The position numbers were made by a program, and so were the translations under genes. Positions 1 to 11,297 of a stretch of 64,000 nt of DNA are shown here, piece by piece. The notes beneath the pieces are model-generated. The model ran no database searches. It saw nothing but the letters and a program-made list of their open reading frames with translations, and was not told where the DNA came from. The stretch comes from Oikopleura dioica (lineage: Eukaryota > Animalia > Chordata). The first letter of the stretch is position 1, and the number at the start of each line of letters is the position of its first letter. The stretch is from positions 2,170,001 through 2,234,000 of the forward strand of contig OU015568.1 in assembly GCA_907165135.1 (NCBI GenBank). Direction: 5' to 3'.

Positions 1-176
1 AAACAACATTTGATTTGATCGATACATGCCATTTATTTTCTTGATAACGGGCTCGAGAAGATTTAATGCAATTAAATTCTTGAAACTTTTGATTGACGTG
101 GAACATTTTTGCGAAATTCGATACATGGTTAACATTCGTGACGTGTATGAGTCAGAAAAAGAGAAATAAATTTATT

Positions 177-2566
177 TAAGCCTTGATGTACTGTTTAAGA
201 AAATCAACGAAGGGAAGTGGTGTTGTCTTTTTAGCTTCTTTCTTTCCAGCGCACTGTCCAACAAAATCCATGTTTTCGTCGAATGCAACGTAGTCAGTCT
301 TTGAAGCATCCCAGCCAGGACTAGAAATGATAAAGCGAGATCGAAATTGAAGACTTACGTGATTCCGAGTCGAGCATTTTCAGCAACAAGCCAGTCCATA
401 AGTGGCTGATAGTAGTCCGCCATACCGTCCGCGTTCATAGTTGCCTCGTCGTCCCCAGTGAACTCCTGAAAAGAAGCCATTGAGACCTTGATCTCTCTCG
501 TATAAATACTCACGCGAAGCTGATCAAGCCAATACTCGGAGCCGCCCTTGCCCATAAGAATCTTGAGTTTATCTCCAGCTGCTTGACATTGGTAGACATC
601 GCATGTGTAGAGAGGGCCGGTATGTCCGCAAGCGTCGCAGAGAACTTTTGGAACTAGAAATTATTTTTAATAACTTTGGCGAGATTTTGCTTGGTACCTG
701 GAATTGATAGATCGTTCGAGAGTAGTATCGCATCATTGAGTAGTCGTTGGCAATATGGTAGAGAGCAGCAGGATCAGCAGATTCTATTCAATATTTGATT
801 ATTATATTCTTAAGCGATTTCTTACTTTCAGTTCGCTCAGCTGGGGCCTTGACACCAACCCACTCATTTTTCATTTGCCAAAACTGTTCCATCCATTCAT
901 CAGTTGAAATCGACTCGTTGAAGCTAGAATATCGCCAGTTTTCCATCATGAGCGTAAATGGCATCGTCGCAACTTGCTGGAGAGCCTGGAACATGAGGAA
1001 GTTGATTGTTGTCTGGTATTCTGTCTCTTCGTCTCCCTTGGGGCCGAGGAGTCCAATAGCTCGAAGATGTTCAGGGGTAGCGACATTCATCGCCATAACT
1101 TCTCCCATTGCCTCGTGGAATCCTTCGTTTCCGCCATCTCGGAATTGTGGCGGCTGGAAGGCGTATTGCATGTAGTACTGATTTGTTATTGAAAGAAAAA
1201 TTAACAAAGATGAACCTGAATATGACCCATTTCATGATGAATAGTGAGCAAATACTCCATATTGACGTCCGTGCACATCTTGATTCGGAAGTCCTCGCCG
1301 TTGAACAAGTCCCAAGCAGTTGGATGACAGACCATCTCCACATCTGGATTTCGCTCAATAACAGATTTGTCCCAGAAGATGTCGTTGACACGTTCCAAAC
1401 CAAGAGAAGCAAAGAAGTCATCAGAAAGCTCGAACAGTTTTTTGGCATCGTATCCTTGCGCCAAAAGCTCCTCAGTGACATCGACGTCTGGCGCGTCTGG
1501 GTAAGGAACAACAAACTGATTGAGCCCGGTCCAAAATCGTCCCCACATGTCTCCAAGAACATTGGCGGGAAGAAGACCTCCATCGTTGTCGAAGATGTCA
1601 TTGCCGAAGACTTCGCCAAGTCGATATCGAACGTAAGCGTGGAGCTGGACATAGAGGGGTTCAATCTTTTCGTACTCAGCAACAGCCATATCGTTGAAGT
1701 TATCGTCTGGCATTTCATAGTCGCTTCGCCAGTATGCTCCGTAATCCTCAAAGCCGTTGAGTTGAGCCCACTTGTTTTTCATCTCGACATAAGTCTCGAA
1801 ATGAGGTCTCATCTCGTCACCAACATTGGTTCTCCATCCGAGCCAGGACCAAAGTCGCTCGTTGTAGTCAAGAGAGTTAGCCATGATTCCCTCAAGTGAT
1901 TCTCCAGAATCTTCGAGGTACAAGCATCGATCAGCGTCTCCAACAGTGCCAGAGGCGTAGATTCGATTCATACTGTTCATTGCATTGCTGAGAGCTGCGC
2001 TTGATTCAGCATCGAGGGAGTTCGAGTTTCCAAGAAGTTTTGCGAACTGTCGCTTGAGAAGAGGATCTTCATAGTTTTTCCAGTCAAAAACTTTGATGGC
2101 GTGGGGGATGTTGGCGGAGTACCAGGCGCCGAATCGAGCACTGGCAGCGCCGGCCAAAGCGAGATTGTGGTCGGTGATGTTGGTTTCGTAGGTAAAGTAC
2201 GCATCGGAAGCATCGTGGACGTAGAATTGGTACTCCTCGTTGAAGTCCTCAAGCCACGCCTTTGCGGCATTTTCGTCACTTGGAACGCACTCACCTGGAA
2301 ATTAAGCTTGTCGTAAAAATAGAGAAATAAAAATTACCTTGGTAGTAAGCATATCCAGAAGCGCAGCCACAGACGTCATGGAAGGCACTTCCTCCGCAAG
2401 TCAAAGAAGCCTCCAAAACATCAAGCTCCGTCTCAGCCTTGGTCAATCGCTGCTTGAGCTGATCGATCTCTTTATGCTGCTGGAGAACAGCGTCTTCTAG
2501 GATCGCAACTCTCTCATCAAGAGATTGGCTCAGGCCAGAGCCGAGCAGGAGACCGAAAAGTTTCAT
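177..2566 (-). CDS. ACE: Angiotensin-converting enzyme (peptidase M2), single catalytic domain, secreted, multi-exon
   Basis: Signal peptide MKLFGLLLG (ATG 2566). HHEMGHIQY zinc motif, GFHEAMGE second ligand, VCHPTAWD and [11 protein letters not shown] motifs. Short GT-AG introns join ORFs 2291-2590, 1201-2157, 788-1207 and 355-555. Last exon ends ...FLKQYIKA* with no TM anchor. Confidence 0.93.
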
Positions 2567-2700
2567 TTTCGATTTACTTTTCTGCTGCACGGAAAGGAAA
2601 CATCCAGTGAGCAGACGGCTATTTTCTCACGAAAATTGCGTAAAAACTGCAAAAAATACAAAAATAGCCCTTAGAACCTGCTGGATTTCAAAACTATTAT

Positions 2701-2889
2701 TAGGCCTCGGACGTAAAAAATCATAAGCTTCGAAAAATATTTTTCATAATAACTCGTAACAGAAAGGGAGGGTCCAGTTTTTTTATCGGTCAAATAGAAA
2801 GCCCTTATCAAGACCTTTCGAATGAGCCCTCTCATGTTCACGTACGATGACCGGATGGTGAAAATCGTCTTTTTTACGTCCGAGGCCTA
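2701..2889. mobile_element. hAT-type MITE
   Basis: Perfect 20-bp TIR TAGGCCTCGGACGTAAAAAA / TTTTTTACGTCCGAGGCCTA; 8-bp TSD ACTATTAT at 2693-2700 and 2890-2897. Confidence 0.9.
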
Positions 2890-3018
2890 ACTATTATGAA
2901 ATGAACTTTGGAAACGATTTGAAATCGTCGATTTCCGTTAAAAAATGTCGCGAGTTTCAGAACAGAAACCAGTTTTTTGAAAGTATCTTTTATTTAATTT
3001 GATGTTGCAAAAAACTGA

Positions 3019-3279
3019 TCAGAATTTGATGCCTTCAATGCATCCATCTTCAAGAATGCAATCTTGATACTCGAGGAGCGCAGTTTCAATGCAAAGATAG
3101 TACTCATCAGACAAGTGTTCAAAGTCCACAGTGCATTGAAGATCCTTCCTCACCAATTCGCGCCAGCAAGCTCTGACACAGCCATCATCTCGTTCATAAG
3201 CTCGAAGGCGACCCAGCACACTCGGATCGAGCAAAACAGATGCGGAAGAAAAACTCAATAAACCAGCAAAAAGTTTCAT
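3019..3279 (-). CDS. Small secreted Cys-rich protein, short paralog of the 26813-28352 pair
   Basis: Signal peptide MKLFAGLL..ASV. C-x3-C-x-x-L(V/M/I)R-x-D-x-x-C...EYYxC...DGCIE pattern shared with the genes at 26813-27452 and 27710-28352; stops after the first Cys module. Confidence 0.7.
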   Translation of the reverse strand: MKLFAGLLSFSSASVLLDPSVLGRLRAYERDDGCVRACWRELVRKDLQCTVDFEHLSDEYYLCIETALLEYQDCILEDGCIEGIKF

Positions 3280-3324
3280 TTTTTATTCTTTTTTTTTATG
3301 AAAACTTAATATTAGACTCCAGAT

Positions 3325-4739
3325 CAGGGTTCTAAATTTGAGGCAAAATCTAAAAGTCTAGTCTGTCCGTGTCCGTGTCCTCCGCAAAAATCCCAAGTCT
3401 AGTCTATCCGTGTCCGGATCGAAAAAACGGATTTCTGTGCGGTCTAGTCCCGGACATGTCCGTTTTGTCCGTTTTTGTCCGTAAAATCCGGACAAATTTT
3501 TTTTTTAAGAAAAAGTCTGGTCTAAAAAGTCTTGTCCGTAATTTACGGACCGTAAATGTCCGTAAAATTCCATGGGTAAAAAACTAATTTTTATAGAAAT
3601 AAATCTTTGAAATAAAAATTTGAAATCTTTGAGAAATAAATTCGGCAGAGAATACATCGAAATATTGAGTTCTTTTCAAGCCAATTTAAGAAAATTAAGA
3701 GACTTGCCTGGGAGTCCCAGGCTGGGACAAGAGTCGCAAATTTATTGCTATTTTTTCGGAAGAGGATAGGCTCAGCCCAAAGACTTCATAAAATTTCTAG
3801 CTTAGCTCAGCATCAGCTGGTTAAAGCCAACTCGTCTCAGAGTAGATAGAAATTTATTTGAAGAGAGACATATGAAGTGATTTTCTCAAGTTAGAGAATA
3901 GTCTTTTTGAAGGTGTCTAACTAGAACTTTTTTTTTAGCTAGGACCTTTTTTGAAGCTGACCTAAAAGAAAATTTCTCAAAGCTGAGCTAAGCAGTATGA
4001 AAATTTGCGAAACTGAGCTGAGCTTGCGTTTTCTTAATGTCAGCTGGTGTTATCCAAGCTGACCTTAGCTGGCTTTATGAAGAAAATCATTAGTCTGAGC
4101 TGAGTTCTCTCAAAATGATCGAGCTGAATGACTGAGCGGGCTAGCCCGACCGCTGACCCCTCAACACGTTGAGCTGGCTTTTTCCGAAAATTGCTGTGCT
4201 GAAAGTCCCAAATTAGGACTCGCAATGAATTAGCGGAATAATGAAGGACCTAATATAGAATATTTTTAGGTAATATTAAGAATTTCTTAATTTAACCAAT
4301 TTTCCTTCAGACTCGGTCCTCAAAGTTCCGGCTTCGCACCATCAAAAAGACATCAATTAAAAGTTATCATCGATATTTTCCGGCAAAAAGTCAAAAATTT
4401 TGATATTTTTAAATTTTAAACTGAAAACCTGGCTTATTTTATCAAACAATGACGTTGGTTCAGGCTTTTTTGAAACGAAATCGAACTCCAATCGTGCTTT
4501 TTTACGGATTTTTTCGGATTCTGCCTGGATTTTGCAGACACGGACAAAAGTCTGGGGTTGTCCGGATTTCACGGACAAATACGGACAAATACGGATTTTG
4601 TCCGGATCATGACAAAAGTCCGGTCTAGGCTGTCCGTTTTTTCCTCAACCAATAGACTAAAAGTCAAGTCTGTCCGTACGGACAAGACCGGACAGACACG
4701 GATAAAATCCGTACACGGACATGTCCGTTTAGAACCCTG
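3325..4739. mobile_element. Non-autonomous hAT-type DNA transposon (1.4 kb)
   Basis: 12-bp TIR CAGGGTTCTAAA / TTTAGAACCCTG; 8-bp TSD CTCCAGAT at 3317-3324 and 4740-4747; many subterminal GTCCG/CGGAC motifs; no transposase ORF. Confidence 0.9.
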
Positions 4740-7700
4740 CTCCAGATGGACATTTCCCAGTTTGAATCTTCAAGCAGAAATTTGTCCTTATAGGTTTAGT
4801 CCTCGTTGATCTCTTGCCACAAAAAAGTCTCTCAATAAAAATTGTATGAAAAAACTTATAAACAAACATTTCGAGTATCTCTCAAAGCTGTCAATTTCTG
4901 CGTGATGATTGCAGGCGGAGCGGAAAAGAGATAACGCCGTAAGTGCAAATTACGTCTTTCCGGCGAAGGAAGAGAAGGTTATCATTTCGGATGGAAATTA
5001 TGGCATCATTTCATCCAAGGCTCTTCTTTAGTTTCCAATCAAGAAATCAAAGCGGGAGCTAAGAGGTCATTGAATTCAGAATCGACCCGTGTTCTCAATC
5101 GCCCCCTGATGCGCTTGTCAAATTGCTTCTGTATTGTTCCACCCCGCTCGGAAAACCGCAATTGTTGATACTAACCCTGACAGGGCAAAAGTAAAAGCCA
5201 CATCGTTTCAATTTTTATGAATACACCGGAACAACAGAACACTTTTGTGGTCTTCCGGCGGATTTCAATTCTGAATTCACTGGATTTTCATTTCAATCGA
5301 CTATTTTTGTTTTAAAAAAGAAACAAAGAAAAATTATGAAATTAAGGGTATCTCCTTGAAATTCGTATTTGCATAAAATTGAGTGATGTCTTTATTGAAT
5401 GGAAGTCAAAACTAAATTGACTTTTCATTTCAAATTCAATTTCCCCCTGTTGCGGCCCATCATTACCAGAAAGACGCCGTTTTCTTATTTATAAGGCTTT
5501 ATTATTCTGCTACTTGGAGCGTGGTTTATTAAATTTTGAAAACTCATAAAGGTTATGCGGTCGGGGCCCTAAGACTTTATGAAAATGAAATTGTCACGCG
5601 CAAATAAGGGGAGCTCATCAATTCGGATAGATGGCAAAGGGGAACATGCAGCTTCGGCCGCGGGCGTATTGCGATTTCGTGGCGAATTACGGCGTTCGCC
5701 TTTGACGTGTAAGCCCTCTTGAATAAACTAGAATTTTGGTGTGGTGGCTTTTCGTACCTCTAATCTCCAAATTTTGGCCCTACGAAAGTCTTATCACCAG
5801 GTTGCCCGCGTAAAACTAACAATCGCGTTAAAAATGAATGCTCTGAAAACAAAAGCCCTCAAATTATAGATTTTTGAATATCGAAGAAAAGGGCTATAAG
5901 CGATTTCGGGCGTTATCAATTCTCAGACCGCAAAAGCCAAAATATTCAAGATAGAATAAATTTTCACGCCTTGCCAAGAAGCGGGTTAGTCGTATTTTTC
6001 TTGTCTATCTGAAGTAGCTTTTTTTATGATTCATCATCTGATTTAAAAGGCTTTTAAAACCGAAATCTCTTTAGCCCCCGAATTTCGCACAAAGCAGATC
6101 ATAACTCGCGGATGTTTGGAATTTTAATTCGATTCGTCGCTGCGTTGTTCGTTGTTTATCATTTCGTCTTCCTGCCAAAAAATGCAAGAACTGCTTTGCT
6201 ACATTACTCCCAGACACGATAAGAAACACATTTGAATATCAGCGTCAACAGGGCGACGCGAGAAACCTTCAACGCGTCGGTTTAACCTTACAATTTGCTC
6301 TGGAAAAGTAATAGCGGCGTCAAACTGTCGAGTTTGTGTCGTCTAAATATATCCATTTTCGACATGTTTGCTGAAATTAATATGCCGCTGAGACCATTCT
6401 TATAAATACACAAAGGAACAATTTAATCCTTTATTGAATATTATGTACATAAGAAGAGTGTCCAGTGGATTTTATTTAACGATATGATATCGTCGATATC
6501 CTTTTCGATCATCAAAGAAAAGTTTAAGTAAAAAGCCGCGTAGCGGCTTTTTTAAACACGAAGCCGCAAAGCGGCTTCGCCAGGAGTTTAATAAAAGGAG
6601 CCTGACTCAGGTTTTCTACTCAGATTGCCGATCTCAGCTTAAATGGTTCGAAAGTGTTGAATTCATCATAATTCCATCCTCATTTTGGATGTCATGCATC
6701 GCACTAATTCGCCTCGTCCGGTCGTAAATGAGCTGAAACGCAAAGAAGATCAGGGCGGCGCAAAATGGGCCATTTGGCCCCCTTAGAAGCCGACCTCGCG
6801 CCAAAGAGATTGATCGAGTGCTGGGCGGAAAAGCCGCTTTCTTTTAATTTCAAATCGAAGCGAACCACTTTTTGCACACGTCCTGGGCACTGGGGAGCTA
6901 CCGTACATAAAAAAGGGTGGTACGGTTTACTTGTTTATAAGAAGTGGTGTTCTTTGTCAAAACCGTCGATTTGTGTGAAGGGAAGTTAGGACTTTTTGGA
7001 CATTTGCACTTGAAAATTCTTAAAAAAAGATCAAGAAAGACTTTTCATTTGAAAAAGTAGCTCAAATACAGCAAATTAACTGTTTGAAAATCGTCGAAGT
7101 ATCAAAAAATCAAAATTCAATTCAAAAAATTCTAGTTTTTCTTTGAAAATCTTCAATGACTAGTCAATTGGTCGCAATCCTTAGTTTAATTTTGATGAAA
7201 ATCAAGACTCAAATTAATCCGATTTTTGTTTCGAATAAGTTCGCGCCGTTCAAATCTTATCGACCCGTTCCTTGTTTCAACATGTCCCTACATTTCTCAC
7301 GTGATGTCTGAGCACTTGACAATCGATGAATTATAAATGCTTCCTCAATAATAATATATTTTCATGCTTATTCGACGCGAAACTGCGGCGTTTTGATTCG
7401 ATTTGAAACGGCTCGGCGGACTTGGACAAGGGCTTTCCGACAGATAAATAAATCATCATCGTCTGAAAAATGAGCGAGTTTCCGGAGGATTGGAGTTTGA
7501 CGAGTTTGTTCCGACTTGCTGAGTCGGAAACAATCTTCAATTGAATGCGGTTAATTTACGATTTCCGGAGATGAAATTGCTTGACCGTCTGGAATATATA
7601 TTTTCTTTCTGGTTGACATTCAAGTCTTGCCGGCAGGTTGATATTTATCGATCATTATCCTGGGTAATCTAAGGCTTATGACGACGGATTATTCTACCAC

Positions 7701-7766
7701 TACCATAATTCTCGTTGAACATTTTTCCTTATGGAGAGATTCCAAAAACGAGATAGTATATCTCAC

Positions 7767-8128
7767 CAAAGTTGCAATTTGCAATTGTTGAGCTGAGTGA
7801 GCTGAGCAGTCACTAAGCTCAGCTCAGCTCAGTGATTTTCGAAAATGATCTGAAAGTGAGACAAGTAACACTCAGCTCAGCTGAGCTCAGCTCAATGATT
7901 ATAACACAATTTTACTACTAAAAATACAGTAAAAAACAGCTCAGTTCAGCTCACCCAGCTCAGCTCAGCTCTAATTAGGGTCTGCTCAGCTCAGCTCAAT
8001 GACCTCTGAAAAAGGGCAGCTCGGCTCAGCTCAGCTCATTGAGCTGCGAAATAGGGCAGCTTAGCTCAGAAAATTTTTCACGGAGGTCAGCTCAGCTCAG
8101 CAAAAATAAACCAAAATTTGCAACTCTG
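7767..8128. mobile_element. hAT-type MITE filled with AGCTC/CTCAG pentamer repeats
   Basis: Imperfect TIR CAAAGTTGCA / TGCAACTCTG; near-perfect 8-bp TSD TATCTCAC / CATCTCAC; internal (AGCTC)n arrays. Confidence 0.7.
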
Positions 8129-9836
8129 CATCTCACAAGTTTCGTCTCGAATCAAGAAGCCGCTTGCGGCTTCGAGGTTTCAAAGTGATTGAGCCGCGCA
8201 GAGCGCGGCTTCCACATCCTATAAGCTCAAAGCCGCAAGCGGCTTGTCGGTATTTAACCCTAACCCTTACCCTAATCCTAGTCATATACTTTCTTTATTC
8301 ATTTATTTTAGGGTATTTTGTAAATTGAGCTTTTCTGTGAATTTGGATGTTTATTCGTGTTAATTGTCAAGATTGTTTTTAAGCTGCTTGAGTCGTTATT
8401 TTTGAAAATGATTGTTTGTGGTTGTTTTCTGGGCCGAGGAGCACCTGTGGCGCGATAACAAGATTCGGACACTTGGATCAGTCAACGCGTGAATACCATT
8501 GTTGTGCGCAACACGATTATCGCTAAATGTCAAGCAGGTCGCCTGATAACATTCTCTAATCGATTAAGAAAGACGAGGATCAAGAGAACGGACCTTTCAA
8601 CAGTGTTAAATTTCCAGCTTGATGATGAGGCGGCTTGGCGTTTTATCTCCACGGGAGTGGGTTGCTCGTTTTGCGGTCAATTATCGTATCACGGAGCTGA
8701 AAGTTAACCTTTCAGGAAATTGCTTTTCTTCAAGTTTAGATAAAAAAATTGACGATCGGGCTCTTTTGGAGGTAGACGATCTTCACAAGAAGAATAAAAA
8801 AAAGCCTTGCGGCTTCAGAAAAGGAAAATTAGCCGCGCTACGCGCGGCTTTGGCATGTAATGACTGTAGTCAAAAGTTCTATAGTAGTTGACACCTGCCA
8901 TCAATGAAAAGAAAGCTTCTGAAAAAAGAGCTTCTTATCTCGGATCTGAATTTCACGCGCATGAGTTTTTGCGTGTATTATTTTTTACCAAATTTCAGAA
9001 AAAAGAAAACAGAGAAAAAAGCAGATAAGACGCCTCGTTCCGGATGAAGACAAGACCTTCTTTCAAAGGCGAGGATAAACCTATCTCCATTCCACAACAA
9101 GTGTTAGTCTAAACACCATTAGCCGTTGCAAAGTGGATTAGGAAGCTGCTCGATCCACTAGGTAGAAAGAGCAAGCGATAATCGAGATTGCCGAAAAAAA
9201 CATGAAGCAAACTATCGCTAAGTATTGGTCTTAAGGGGGTACATGGGGATAAATCAGGTTATTTCGACTTGAAAATTTAGCGCTGCGACACCCTTATTTC
9301 GAATGGAACTGGAATTTTGTTCACAAATTTTTTTTTATCGATCAATAAAAGTCAAAAAATGATGTTTATTGACCTTTAAAAACAACGCCTTATCACAGAG
9401 GGGGTCTTGAACTGAACCACTTTTTAGGTCAAAAATTCGAAAGCAAAAAAGACCATGGTTAGAGACCTTGCACTTGAGTATCAAAGCGTATCGTGTCGCT
9501 GAGGGCATCCTGCAGATGGCCACTGGAGATTATTTACTGTCCAAATACAGGTCACCGCAATTTTGAGTTATTGTAAAAATTCGCCCTGTCTACCGCGCCG
9601 TTTTTCTCCACGGGTTGCCTTTTTTTCAAAAAGGTCAAAATTAACAAAATTAAAATGATCAGTTTTCGGCGTCGAAAAAACCCGTTATCAATCAAAACGC
9701 ATCAGCGGGAAGGAATAAAAATGATTGATTTATGCATCCTAATTTTTCTGTTTATCAATTTTGCTATAAATTTAACGATCTGTGGGTAATTGATAATTGA
9801 CATCGTGTTGATAAATGTAGGAGTTTATTGCAGTTT

Positions 9837-9872
9837 GCTGAACGTTTTCGGTCGTGAGACCATCATCAGAGC
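9837..9872 (-). ncRNA. Minimal hammerhead ribozyme (inverted pLTR copy)
   Basis: Exact reverse complement of the 11262-11297 motif. Confidence 0.75.
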
Positions 9873-10048
9873 TTGTTCCTTGATAAACTTGAAAATTCTT
9901 AAAGGAAAGCGTACCTTCTTTTGTAAGACTGCAGAACTGATTTAAAAACCCAAAATAACTTTGTCCCAGACTAAGGTTCTAGAAAATGTGGTGATAACTT
10001 TTTAAGGTAATCGATATTTTTATCAGAGGCTCCTTACATGGTTCTTAC

Positions 10049-11008
10049 ATGGTTCTTACATGGTTTGTTGTTTTTTTCAAACGTAATTCATTTGATCAGG
10101 TCAATCATATTTTCCAAAATCTCCATCCTCAAATTAAAGTTACTGTTGAAAAATCATGCCCGCAAGGTATAAAGTTTTTAGACTTTAATGTGTATGTCAA
10201 CGACAAAAACATGATTGCAATACGAAACAATAGAAAACACACTATCCCAATGAATTTTGAAATTGATGTTGCTCCGACATCCATGAAAAAAGGGGTCTTG
10301 ATTTCTGAACTGAAAAGATCACTTTTCAAACACTCGGATCCAAAAACTCTGGAGGAAGAGCGAAAGGAAATTGAGGAGAAATATCATGCCCAAGGTTACC
10401 CTTTAGAAATTATCCGTGATGCAACTAGAGTGATTAAAGAAGGTAAAATTGAGAAGAAAGATTGGAAACTCGAAAAAAGCGAGTTTCCTGAAAGAAATTT
10501 TACTATGTGCATTCCATTCACTTCTCAACGAGTCAGTAAAATTACCAGTGAAATGCGAAAAACGATTTCAACCTTTCTCCCTTCCTACAATCTGCACACG
10601 GCATTGAGGACAGTATCTATTCGTAATTTAATTGTTGCCAATCTGTTACCTAAGATTGATAATAATATGGCTGTAAATGCTGTTTACCGATTTGAATGTC
10701 ACTGCGGCGCAGTTTACATCGGTGAGAGTGAATGCCTAAAATCTAGAATTATTGACCATCAACAAAAATCGAAACAAACAGCAGTTTTCTCTCATACTGA
10801 AAATTGTGAAATTTTTCAAGCTCGATTCAATGAAGAATATGAGCAAAATAATTTTAGATCTAGATTTGACTATCTCAGTAAAATGTTTTCAGTTTTACAC
10901 CGAAATCTAGCATACAAAAAGAGAGTACAAATGGAAGCATTAGAAATTCGTCTTCATAATCCTCCGTTGAACAAGCAAATTCAACATCAACAAGTTTATA
11001 TAATCTAA
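10049..11008 (+). CDS. Penelope RT C-terminus plus GIY-YIG endonuclease (truncated ORF)
   Basis: KFLDFNV (RT end), GYPLEII, IPF, AVYRFECHCGAVYIGES (GIY-YIG), AVFSH, EALEI..NPPLN motifs typical of Penelope ORFs. Confidence 0.88.
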   Translation: MVLTWFVVFFKRNSFDQVNHIFQNLHPQIKVTVEKSCPQGIKFLDFNVYVNDKNMIAIRNNRKHTIPMNFEIDVAPTSMKKGVLISELKRSLFKHSDPKTLEEERKEIEEKYHAQGYPLEIIRDATRVIKEGKIEKKDWKLEKSEFPERNFTMCIPFTSQRVSKITSEMRKTISTFLPSYNLHTALRTVSIRNLIVANLLPKIDNNMAVNAVYRFECHCGAVYIGESECLKSRIIDHQQKSKQTAVFSHTENCEIFQARFNEEYEQNNFRSRFDYLSKMFSVLHRNLAYKKRVQMEALEIRLHNPPLNKQIQHQQVYII

Positions 11009-11261
11009 CTCCAAATTCACAGTCCTTAAAGGACTGCTTAACAATAGAATTAAGTATATTAAATTGTTTTACCGATCAGAGGCATTTTCGAACCATGTAA
11101 GGAGCCTCTGATAAAAATATCGATTACCTTAAAAAGTTATCACCACATTTTCTAGAACCTTAGTCTGGGACAAAGTTATTTTGGGTTTTTAAATCAGTTC
11201 TGCAGTCTTACAAAAGAAGGTACGCTTTCCTTTAAGAATTTTCAAGTTTATCAAGGAACAA

Positions 11262-11297
11262 GCTCTGATGATGGTCTCACGACCGAAAACGTTCAGC
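11262..11297 (+). ncRNA. Minimal type I hammerhead ribozyme in Penelope pLTR
   Basis: GCT-CTGATGA-T-GGTC(TCAC)GACC-GAA-AACGTT-C-AGC: catalytic core, stem II hairpin, palindromic stem III, and stem I GCT/AGC. Confidence 0.8.

Noticed and set aside
795-2316. Plus-strand and alternate-frame ORFs over ACE (e.g. 1108-1899, 263 aa)
   Set aside because: Antisense or shifted-frame shadows of the ACE coding exons, with no independent motifs.
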